Under the pieces are notes generated by a model. It was not told the origin of the DNA. It searched no databases and worked only from the letters and a program-made list of their open reading frames with translations. From Iphione sp. A-MEVVRFRX5 (taxonomy: Eukaryota): DNA of 64,000 bases. Position numbers and translations under genes: made by a program. Positions 22,755 to 44,787 of this stretch are shown piece after piece. Each line of letters begins with the position of its first letter. The stretch's first letter is position 1. Location of the stretch: NCBI GenBank assembly GCA_976226885.1, contig OZ320319.1, positions 62,496,001-62,560,000 on the forward strand, in the 5' to 3' direction.

Positions 22755-23372
22755 GTGTCACGCATGTTATACTCATTGAGATTACAGGTAGCTAAGGGAT
22801 CAAAGGTGTATGTAATAGATGATGCAGTTCAGGCTGACCTCTACTGGTTCCTACGCTACCTCCCAAGGTGTAACGCCAAGTCTATTATTAAGTCCTTCCA
22901 TGTACAACATACGATATATTGTGACGCATGTCCAGCTGGAATAGGGGCATATACAGGAAAGCTCTATTATTCACTCCCTAACCTGCCTACTTGGAACAAT
23001 CTCTCAATTTCTGCCCTAGAAGTGGCCAATGCTTCCCTAGCCATAAGGTGCTTTACCCCATACATCCCCAAAGGCTCTCATATCAAAGCATACTGTGACA
23101 ACGCAGCAGCTGTCCATGTTCTCTCTACTGGCAAGGCTAGGGACCTCACTATGATTGTTATAGCTAGGGGAGTATGGTTCATGCAGGCAAACCATGATTA
23201 TAAGCTTTCCTACTCTCATATCCCAGGAACACACATGGTGTATGCTGACGTGCTCTCAAGGCAAATGTTTTCTGCAAAACGCAAGGCTATAGCCAATTCC
23301 TTTATTCACCAAAATCAAAGCACTCGAGTGTTCCCCTCCACCTCCCAAATCAGTAAGACCCTCGATTTTTGA
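22755..23372 (+). CDS. DIRS-type RNase H domain
   Basis: YCDAC, ALEVA, YCDNAAAV, HIPG...ADVLSR (D-E-D-D set present). Confidence 0.8.
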   Translation: MSRMLYSLRLQVAKGSKVYVIDDAVQADLYWFLRYLPRCNAKSIIKSFHVQHTIYCDACPAGIGAYTGKLYYSLPNLPTWNNLSISALEVANASLAIRCFTPYIPKGSHIKAYCDNAAAVHVLSTGKARDLTMIVIARGVWFMQANHDYKLSYSHIPGTHMVYADVLSRQMFSAKRKAIANSFIHQNQSTRVFPSTSQISKTLDF

Positions 23373-24345
23373 TCCTTACAGATCCTAGGCTCCACTGGCT
23401 AGCATCTAGCGCTGCAGCCAGGCAGTTACAAGCTGCAACCAAGACGACAATACGAGCACGTCACCGCATGGTGAAGACATTCTTGGGGTTCTCCCTACAT
23501 TTCGGATATGGCATAGGTGAAATCTCCCAGGACCATATCCTTATCTTTATAGAATATCTCCTTCTTTTCTATAAGAGTCCTAAGGTGATTATTCAGCATA
23601 TTTCAGCACTCAGAAGGTTTGCCGCAATCTGTGGGGTTGAAATCCCAGTCCTTAATTCCTCCAAGACCTCGGTAGCATTAAAAGCCATAGAAAAGACAGG
23701 GATCATGTAATAGACAGAAAAGCCCCAATAGCCCCAGAGCATTTGGCAATAATTGTCGCATTTCTATCCCACCTAGGCCCACTCGGAGTCATTCTCAGGT
23801 CACTATTCTTGTTTTTGTTTTATTCCCTAGTTAGACAATCTAACATATTACCTAAATCCCCCTTTGCCTTCGATCCTACAAGACAGATAACCAGGTCCGA
23901 TGTTCGTTTCTATTCTGATAGGCTTGAGGTAAATCTTAAGTGGTCCAAGACTATCACAAAGAATGACCCACATTGTATTACTATCCCAGCTATCCCCAAT
24001 TCCCCACTCTGCCCAATAAAAGCCCTGTAGGAAAGTTTCCAATTGACTCCAACCTCATCCCCTAATCAGCCCTTATTTGTGGATCCTTTATTGTCATTAC
24101 CATTAACAGTCACTAAGGTGTCCAGCATGCTGAAAGTTATTAACCAAAGGCTCGGTTTGTCACCCCAGAAATATTCCCTCCATAGCTTCAGAAGGGGGGG
24201 GACCACGACCTTGCAACACCTAGGGGCAACCACAGATCAGACAATGGTCCAAGGAATGTGGGCCTCTCTTCCAGCTTGTATGTTGTACACATCAAGGAAG
24301 ATTGCCTCTGCGCAGGCAGCGGGCACATTCACACAATTGGGCTGA
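23369..24345 (+). pseudogene. Tyrosine recombinase
   Basis: LVRQSN (R), KWSKT, LCPIKAL, HSFRRGG (H-x-x-R), GMWAS, MLY (Y); in-frame stops at about 23708 and 24028. Confidence 0.85.
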
Positions 24346-25564
24346 TTACACTTGATTTTCTTGGTATGGTATGATCCTCAGATATCCTCACAGTGCATAC
24401 CCTGAGAGAATCTGGGCACATATAGTTAAAAAATTGTCAAATACTACAGGCCAGCATTCAGAAGCCTGTTCTGTTAAGAGATGAGAAGTGCTTCCTCATG
24501 TACTTGCCAAACCACCTTTTCTTTTTGTGTCTTTAGGTTTCTATTAATAAACTTTATGTTAATTCTAATGTAATCTTGTTGTGTGTGTTGTATGTGTTTG
24601 AAATAATTTGCAGAATACCCGAGTGTCATCTTTACTATTATTTGTCCTCAAGGTATTTTTTATTTTTTATTATACTCTCCATAATTCTCTACGGTCATCC
24701 ACATTACACCATAATCATATCTGGTATCATGATATATACATGTATTTTGTTATTGAGTTTTCTTTTGATTTCAGCATGAGTTCCTGTATGGCTCTTTGTA
24801 TCAACACCATGAATTAAACACACCATTAAGCGACAGATTAAGTGTTTGTCCTCAAGTAAGCAAACACATAACCATGAACATGTTGTCGGTGTATGTGTCT
24901 GATGTCCTGAGCTGGTGGTACTGGCCATACTTGGAGTAAATGGACTGAGTCCAAGATATGAAGAAAGATGTCAGACGAAGCCTACTCACCACGATAGGTA
25001 GAAATTTTAAAAGAGATGCTAGGTATTCCACTTTGAAGTGGCCGCTGCCTATATTATCACTTGCTCTGAATCTTTTGCAGGCAGATAGCTCTATACTCAA
25101 TAGTCCTTTCTTACAGAGGATGTTGTCTGGATACACAATTTAGAGTATAGTTAATCTTTATTTTCTGTAGTTATCCTGCAATGCAACTCGATATGAGTAC
25201 AATAAGCAGCTATATCCTATATTACATCAATACTAGCAGATCAACTATAACAACTCGTGCACATTCCTTAATGGTCTATTCTTGATGTCATAACCACAAA
25301 TTCCGTCATTTCCACACACGGTGTACAGCAGATTATGATGACATGTATGTAGAACACGCAGACGGTATCTAGGATCCAAACTTTTTTGTATGATTAAATT
25401 CATGTAAGGCCTTTGTTGTTTTCCTGTATTTTTCTCATTCGGAATTTTTCATCATCCAGATCAAACTTATTCTAACAGTGGAATTCCTTTGTTTTGTAAA
25501 CTTACATAAATAGAACATAATGAAAGGTCTTTGTAAGGCAGATATTCCTGCAGCCATGTGAACA

Positions 25565-26003
25565 GTGATCCAGGATAGTGATCCTCGGCCTGCTACTGTG
25601 CCAGATATAGAAAACAAGTTCCAAGCCTCGCCAAAAGTCTATTTTTATAGTCCTGTCTGCGATTTTCGGTATACATGTACACTGTGTCCATGGGAGCAAA
25701 AAATACGACCAGCACAGTACAAGTACTGGATGACAAAAGTAGACCTACATTTCACTTCATACTCTTGAAAAGAAGTCAGTAAAATGTGAACTATTGATCT
25801 GTATAGATGCATTTGGAGTGGATCTCACTAAAGACAGTACATATAATATAACAACTAAGGCCAATGGACCAAACCACTGCTGCCGGGCACTGTGCACAAA
25901 ATTTAAGGTCATGACTGCAACCTTCGACATTCTAGAGACAAGCTGGCATATGAGCTACCTTAAAAGTCCCATTTTCCATTGCTCTAGTTTTGCCAATTTC
26001 TAG
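25565..26003 (+). pseudogene. Possible highly degraded LINE endonuclease fragment
   Basis: ELLICIDAFGVDLTKD loosely resembles the LIILGDFNIDL motif; nothing else is convincing. Confidence 0.25.
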
Positions 26004-26632
26004 CAAAAATCTCCGAAACTTTTACGGAGTAATACTTAATACGCAGGGCCCAAACCATTTTACCCTACATGTTGTAGCTTTTGAGAACTGGCCTGAAAAA
26101 GAACATGCTGTATAATCCAATCTCTTATATCTGCCGCATGAAGGATGTTTGTCAAAGTCATTCAGTGCATTCATTGGTCCTCACGATGACAATTAACCCC
26201 ATCAACCACAAAGGGCAAAATATGTAACAATGCATTGGATGCTAGCGATAGGGCCATTCTACCACATGATTATGCCACTAGATCAAGTATTCCTGAATAT
26301 ATATGCTAAGCCATAAGAAATGGCCTCATTGCAAGAGTTCAGGTGTAGGTGGAGGCATCAAGTGGAGGTATCCGCATCTGCATCTGCATCTTTGTATAGT
26401 TTACAGTTTGGTTACAGACATATAACCTCATGTGCATGTACCTGCACCATGTGGATACGGACATATGGGGCTATGACAATAGATTATAATGTAACTCCTT
26501 GGAAAAAATACCGGTGTCTGTACCTATGTGTCGACATTTGTATCTGCACAAGATTGCTTTCTTGTCCATCTGAAGTATGCATGGATACCGACAGTGCGGT
26601 CACGTGCATATGCCTTGTAGCCTGTGGTCTTG

Positions 26633-37566
<10,934 letters not shown>

Positions 37567-38595
37567 GGTGGCTGGGAACCGGTGGGCTGACCTGTACCAG
37601 GGCAAAAGATGATACATTTACATGTACATTTATATGCATGTATATGTATTCATCGTATTTTACCTGATAAGGCATAAAAGAAGACTTGTGTTTCTGGTAA
37701 CCCGACTAACCATTGCTTTTGTCCTAATGGAACCTATTTTTTATAGAGAGATCTTCGGAATGGATAAACCTACCAAATTATACACTACATCATACTCCTT
37801 AGGTCGTTAGCTTTCATATATTTGGTTCATGAAGGTCCATGCAGTAGGGGTGATAGTTTCGGGTTTGGATGATACTATCTAGCTTTTTCACTGATTAGTG
37901 AAGCCTCTGTCTATGGACACCCCGCCACTGTGGACAAATCTAACTATGGACAGATTTCCTCCAGTGCCGAACAGAAATCCTATATACCATGTTTAATGAA
38001 TCCCGGCCACTGCGGACTCTCAGCTACAGGGGAGACCCACTTCTGGACAGCCTGTTTACAGCTCCCGACCTAGCGGCTCACATGATCAAGAGTGCCCAGG
38101 ATGAAGGCCCAGTAGGACTCTTCAGACTTGAAGAGTTCTACGAAATCAACAAAGACCTCATTGACGGATGAGCAGACTCTGATGTTGGGTAGGAGTGAAG
38201 CCACTTTACCGCTGCCCACAAAACACTAAACAGAAGAAGACCTTGCCAAAGAGCAGGCCTACCTACCCACCACCAGGGTACAACCTGGTTGTCCGACTCA
38301 CCCCTGAGGTCTGTCCGACCAGACAGCACTTCTGGGAATGAGCTTGGCACCCAGCGGCAACCCCAGGTGGATGGAGGGTCAAACGACCTCCTCTTCCTGT
38401 CCTCCTCTCGTTCTCCCCCACATCACTTCTTCTCTTCAAATCCCCCCTGAACCATGCATGAGGGTGGAGCCTCAACTGCAGAATAGGGCTGGCACATAGC
38501 CGAAGCCCCTGGGTCACCAATACCCTAACACAGACCTTGAACCTTGAACCTGTTTACAGTCCCAAACGCTGCTATTATAGGGCTACAGTGGACAT

Positions 38596-38830
38596 CCTCC
38601 TTCTCCAGGGTGTCGGCCATGAGCTCACACCTTTCCCAGCCATGCTACCCTTCAGAGGAGTGGGACGTCCTCTTCCTCCAGGGTGTCAGACATGAGCTCA
38701 CACATCTCCTGGCTGTTCTACCCTTCAAAGGAGTGGAAAGTCACACCTCCTCTAGTGTATTGGGCGTAAGCTCATACCTCTTCCAACCATCCTACCCTTC
38801 AAAGGAGTCGGACTTTGCACCATAGGAGTG
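38596..38830 (+). repeat. About 72-bp tandem repeat x3
   Basis: CTCCAGGGTGTC..ATGAGCTCACAC..CTACCCTTCA(G/A)AGGAGTGG units starting near 38596, 38668 and 38743. Confidence 0.7.
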
Positions 38831-38902
38831 ATTTCGATATCTGCGAGACGATCCAGAGAGTAACCAGTCCAGAACTGAGCATATTTTGTCAACTAAGACT
38901 TA

Positions 38903-39563
38903 GGCCCGGTTTCCTTGTGTCCAGGGATTTTTATGCACTGTGTGTCAGGTCCTGAAAATGAGCTTTGTTGCACACAAGCACACAGACCTGGTTTCCTTGC
39001 ATGCGGGTTTTTGCAGGAGGAGGAGGAGGAGAATCTCTCTCTCTATCTATCTATCTATTTCTCTATCTCTCTATCTGTCTCTGTTAAAGCTGTGTTTTTC
39101 AGGACCAATCGGAAAGAATTCCACCAAATTCTGTTAAAACTGCATGTTTTTTAAGACCAATCGGAAAGACTTCCGCCAAATTCTGTTAAAAAGACTGCGC
39201 GTTTTTTTTACCAATTGGAAAGAATTGTGACCTATTCATTTCTTAATGCAAATAATATGCAAATTACAAATAATTTACAACATCTGTCATATGACAGACA
39301 GTGTCTGTCCTGCTGAAAAGGTCCATCTCTCTATTCTACTTGTCCGTGTGCGTGGGTGATGCGGAATAAAACAAAAATTGTTCATTTTCTGTCTCCAGAC
39401 ATGGAGCTGAAAACCTCCATCTCTTCGGTCTCCGGAAATATTTCACGCAGCACAGAGCCTGTGCTGTGGGAAATATCTCCAGCTGCATGGAAACACCCGA
39501 GTACAATATCATAGCTCTATTATTTCCCACCGCACAGAGTCCGGACACAAGGGAAACCGGACC
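38903..39563. mobile_element. Harbinger-type MITE
   Basis: TTA TSD; TIR GGCCCGGTTTCC-TTGTGTCC vs GGTCCGGTTTCCCTTGTGTCC. Confidence 0.85.
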
Positions 39564-40142
39564 TTAACCATAGAAAGATTTCCATACCTGCGGAACCATC
39601 CGTGTGTGTGGCCTTGCGTATAGCCTGTGTGGATAGTTATTGGCACATGCCTGATAATTTTGTGCATACACATACTCGCGCACTGACATGCACACCTGTT
39701 TCCTCATATTTACTCATTTGTCAACACAACTGACACAGTGACATACAGACTAGTCCTTTTCCCATGTTTTTTCGGCCACTTTTGGCAGATTTCGCCTTTC
39801 CCCCCTCAAATTAATCCTTTTTCATAGTTCATAGTTTTTCAACGGTTTTCACCCTCTAATTCATCTTTCTTAAAGCATTTTCCCCTGAATTTCAACGGTC
39901 TTCACATATTTTGACTGTAAAATTCGCCCTTTTCTATAATTTAGTACCATCCCACGCACTGTTCTGCATATACTACACACGGATACCAAAAGACACCCCA
40001 TTGCATGTCCTTGCAGAAAAATAATTCTGCAATGCCACCCATACACACACATAGGTACTCCCCAGACACTCTACACTATTTGTAGGCTCTTCGCTATGTC
40101 AAGCAGATGTTGAAGTTTACCGGGCCACTCTGCACACCCTAA

Positions 40143-40278
40143 GGCCGGCGTTCCATGTACACGGAAAACGTGTCCGGAGCACGGAGGCCATCCGGAAATT
40201 TTGCTAGTTTTCCCGTAGCTCCGGACCATTGCTTTCCATGTGTGCGTGTGTGTGTGCATGCATGTGTGCGTGTGTGCA

Positions 40279-40326
<48 letters not shown>

Positions 40327-40582
40327 TGTGTTTTTTTGGTGGAGGTTGAGGCATATTGGTGGAAATTGTGCAGTTTTTGTGGAGGTTGAGGCATATTGGT
40401 GGAAATTGTGCAGTTTTTTGTGGAGGTTGAGGCATGTCAGTGGAAATTGTGCAGTTTTTTTGTGGAGGTTGAGGCATATCAGGGTACATGGAAAGTCCTC
40501 AGGCAGAATGCCTTAGATCGCTTTTTTCCGGACCCACGTATGCGTGGTCCGGAGATATTTCCGTGTGCATGGAAAGCCAGCC
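40143..40582. mobile_element. Harbinger-type MITE with microsatellite and about 41-bp repeats
   Basis: TAA TSD; TIR GGCCGGCGTTCCATGTACACGG vs GGCTGGCTTTCCATGCACACGG; GGAGGTTGAGGCA units at 40341, 40381, 40422 and 40464. Confidence 0.85.
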
Positions 40583-40585
40583 TAA

Positions 40586-41197
40586 GGCCAGGTTTCCATA
40601 CCTGCGGTGCTGTCTGTGTGCGATGACATGCAGTGAATTACATAATTATTGGTTTATAGGCAATCAGTGAGAGTGTTTCCATACCTGCAGTGATGTCCAT
40701 GTGCATTGACGTGCATTGCCTGTTTTCGGGCCGGGATCATAAATTTGCCACAGATGGACACCAATGCACACCAATGAACTGGTATTTCTTTGTATTTACT
40801 TGTTTTTGATCACCTTAACTCACTTTTCCATGTTACTTCTGGCCAAGTCTGCACATGTCCACACAATGTAATCATTTTCTGGAATTTTTCCACACATTTT
40901 TGCCATTTTTCAGCTGAATTTCCATGAAATAAGCAGTTTTTCAGCCAATTTTCTATGTAATTTGCCATTTTTTGGCTGAATTTCCATGAAATAAGCCATT
41001 TTTTGGCCCAGTTTTTTGCCATTTTTTGCCATTTTTTGTATTTTCCTGTCATAAAAACGCACACAAATGCACGCATGTATGAAAGACCCCTGTGCGTTGC
41101 TGTGCGGTAAAACTACAATGCACACAAACACACTGGAAATGCACACAGACCTCTGCCGCAACTCACCGCACACCAACACAGGTAAGGAAACTGGGCC
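40586..41197. mobile_element. Harbinger-type MITE abutting the previous one
   Basis: TAA at 40583-85 and 41198-200; TIR GGCCAGGTTTCCATACCTG vs GGCCCAGTTTCCTTACCTG. Confidence 0.8.
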
Positions 41198-41526
41198 TAA
41201 ATAGGGATGCATGTTTCAGGCCAGTCCCCACGATGTCCAGTGCAGAGAGGTTTCACTGTATATTGATACCCTGATTTTTTAAAAACCTAACTACCCAATC
41301 TCTATTTTTTCCAGCCTGTTTCTGGAAACACAGATATATATATACATATATATACATAATATGATATACTAGGCCTAACCATATGACATGTAGCAGGCCC
41401 ACAGCTGTGGAGGGCTTTCGGCGCCGGCAGGGTCAGGGTATTTCTGGTTAACTACAAGCGAAAAATCCTATTTAAATGACCATTGATCGCCGACACATTA
41501 AAGTCTAAAAGGACAGAGAGAAACAT

Positions 41527-41528
<2 letters not shown>

Positions 41529-41597
<69 letters not shown>
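41529..41597. repeat. (GA)n microsatellite
   Basis: Direct reading of the sequence. Confidence 0.95.
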
Positions 41598-41601
<4 letters not shown>

Positions 41602-42279
41602 CTTTCACGAGTTCCCTCCCGTCTGAAAACAGAATCTCTCACACACAAATCTTCAGAGTTCGATAACCTCCTTACCTGGTTTCAACATTTTAAAAATCAA
41701 AGATGTACACTTAAATACTCATATATATTGCAATTAACTATATGGCAAACGATAAAGATATATTCTTACATGAACCAATGATCACATTTTTTGCGAGATA
41801 GATTTATTACACGTATGTATATATGCACATTGTACATGTAGACCTATCCTGATAGACAAATGCTGATTTCGTGCTGCACAATCATATATGATCTTAATCA
41901 ACGACATTACACATCATTTGACGATCAATTGATCCAACATTCACCAAACAAGTCAGACTGGTAAGAAGCAAGGCTTGCAATGAATAAGTTCTCTTATTTC
42001 AGATCCAGGATCAGCTCAGACACCTTGGTTCGTGTATTTTCAACGGACATAATCTCACAATTACTTGCGCAGTTTTAATGTCGTATGGTTGAACTTATTT
42101 TTAATGTAGGAATTTGCTCCGTTCAAACAATGGCAGATCTAAGTGTTATTTGTATCCCAGGCAGGATGCTGCTGATATCACATCGCTTTCTCTATTGAAC
42201 TCATATCTAATACACGTTTACGTCAATACTAGAGTAAACATTCACATATTGCCAAATTTCCCAGCTCATGAATTCCATT

Positions 42280-44787
42280 GTGACGGAATTACAAAAAAAT
42301 CGGAAACAGCATCTTTGAACTGGAAATATCTTTTAATAGCCTAAACAGTATCAAAACAACTATTTTCAAACATATGCTTACATATTCCTTCTCATTACTA
42401 AAAACATACACACCTCAATTTCAGCATATTAAACTTTAGACTTAGGGTGGAAGAAGCCGTGACGGAATTACATGCTCTGACATGACTTTTTGGAAACAAG
42501 AGGTTTTTGTTTGAATCCTGCCTACTGGGGTGCTGGAAACAAATCCAGTCCATCTAAAAGTATAGAGGATGTATCTGCAGAGGTGTTAAACTTAATTGTA
42601 GTATAAAACATCACTAGACATCTATCATGTCTAAGTCTGTATTTCCTATACCCCTTGTAATTCCGTCACGTGACGGAATTACAACTGCAATAATTCCGTC
42701 ACATCAATGGTATTTCCATTGAACATCTAATGCAATTCCTGTATTTTGTTGTCTAATTGTTCATCAGTGCTGGCATTGACTGTAACAGGGAGAGTAAGGG
42801 GTATTTACTTTTGGAACAGCATGAAGCTGATTGACTGTGTGTAGCCAAGTTTCCCTGAAAATCAAACCACAGATCGAGGGATACAAAAATGCTCACATCA
42901 TCGCTTAACTTGAACACCTAAAATCAATGATCGACACAAATGCATAACAAGGTACCAATGATAATTTGCAACATGAACAGGCTTTAGATAGTCAGATTCT
43001 GTGGCATGGACACTGGCCTAAACATGCTTAAAGACAGGCTACACATGTATAGGTAGCATCATAGTCTATTATCCTGTTGGCTTCTCCACAGCTTTCATGT
43101 ACCCATATGTGGCACATCTTGCATTTAATCCATTCCTCATGTGGATTGGATGGATCCCCATAAGTATATCCACAGTATCCACAATTGTTCTGCGTTTCTA
43201 GCCCTGACCTAGATGATAAGATAAGAGAGAGATAAAAAATAATTTATTCCATCCACAATTTCCCCTTGCAGAGGCATTATTAAAATCAGGATCTATTTAC
43301 ATAATACAATGCGGTATATACATAACAAAAGTTACACAATAAAGTTTCTCTTTAAGGTTTGAGACTTGAGTTTAGCTGAGATGAGGTCAGGTGCAGTGAG
43401 GTGAGATGAGAGTTGAGTAATCAACCATTACATAGACTACTTGACACACCTGGATAAGTTTCTGGATGAAGTACTGCAAGGTGCATATGACTGCTGGATT
43501 TTCCTTATGATCCCCTTCTTCTGCTTTGCCAGCTTTGCTACATAACTGCCAAGCTCTGCTGATGGCTGGGTTGTCCTCAGGGTCACCTTGTTTGGCATAG
43601 CTGATGGCTGGGTTGTCCTCACATTTGCTGAAGCTGATGTGCTAGCAATCAGTATATCATCATGTATGCTATGTCTGTAGCTGGCATCATTTCCTTAGCA
43701 ACAGGACGATGGACCACACGAATATTGCGAGACTTGACATCACTAGTGTAAAACCTGAATTCAATGCTGTCCTTATCAAGGGGAGGAAGGGAGTGTGTTG
43801 TAATAGTTGCTTGGAATGCTTGCAGCCCATTCCAGAGTTCCTTGGTGCAAAGGTCTTGATACATCTGTCTGATTTCATCATTGTTGATCACTGTTACTCA
43901 AATAACTGTGTCACACTTATCAGTAATGGCAGTAGCAAAAGTTTCGGCAATGTAGAGAGTAGCTAATTTGACCATTATCAGGCAATGAGCTATTCACTTT
44001 ATGCTGCCTCTGAGTGCATCAAATTCGGGCTTTTTCCATGGGAGGCTGTGAAGTAGTTCCTCTTGCTTTCCAACCCTTGTGCCTCCTTAAGCCTATGAAG
44101 AAGAGCAAACAGATACTTGTTTTATACGGGCTTGAAGGTCTATCTGTCCAAATGTCTATGGCCTTCACTGTAGGCATTTCTGCTTTGATGATTTCAACGA
44201 TATTTGAGGTAAATGCTGCCACAGCATTCTTTTCATGGTCATGGTTGTCACTCACTATGACGTGATGAAATTTGTTTGAGGTGGTAGAACATTACTGTGT
44301 ACACAGTAACCTGCTTCTGTTTTCAATGTGCACTTTGTATTTTGTCATGCCAATGGCAAGTAAAATTTTCTGAGAAGTCCATTTGAAGCAGACAGATGCT
44401 GTTGCCTGGATCCAAGGCCTAAGTAAGACTTTGCTTCATCATATGATGCAGCCTGTTTCTCCTTTATATATGAGGGCCAGAAGACCTTCAGGACCTGGGT
44501 GCCAAGTTCGTTAAATGCATCTATCATTGAACCTTCTAATGCTAACTTTTGTGGCCCTGATGATAATGTGACGGAATTACAGCACTTGTAATTCTGTCAC
44601 AATGGAAATTGTAATTCCGTCACATCTTTTTTTAATGTAAAGACAAGAAAAATCACTAGTATTCTGATTTATATATTGAGTATATGTATTTCTTTGGTTA
44701 AAAATGAGATCTCATAAAATTTGGCATAACCAGTCAACTACAAGATCAAAGAAAGGAACAATTTTGTGACGGAATTACATGTTCCCT
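42280..44787 (-). mobile_element. Decayed DNA transposon with 14-bp subterminal repeats and DDE-type transposase remnant
   Basis: Minus-strand fragments MDFSENFTC...IQSAH, SDNHDH..AV..F...IWTD.PSSPYK, NYFTASHGKS; GTGACGGAATTACA motif clustered at both ends. Superfamily not assigned with confidence. Confidence 0.7.

Larger units (their letters stand above)
19577..24345 (+). mobile_element. Tyrosine-recombinase retrotransposon (DIRS order, Ngaro-like gene order), decayed
   Basis: gag-like fragments 19577-20451 (Cys/His knuckle CPICLHVH), RT 20502-22626, RNase H 22755-23372, tyrosine recombinase 23369-24345, all on the + strand. Terminal repeats not identified. Confidence 0.9.
37896..41258. mobile_element. 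Pogo-like MITE shell expanded by nested insertions
   Basis: AGTGAAGCCTCTGTCTATGGACA at about 37897 and TGTCCAGTGCAGAGAGGTTTCACTG+TA at 41234-41260 are inverted; several elements lie between. Pairing of the two ends is inferred. Confidence 0.45.

Noticed and set aside
19100-25140. Split direct repeats or ICR for the YR retrotransposon
   Set aside because: No convincing repeat between the 5' and 3' flanks was found by eye; not claimed.
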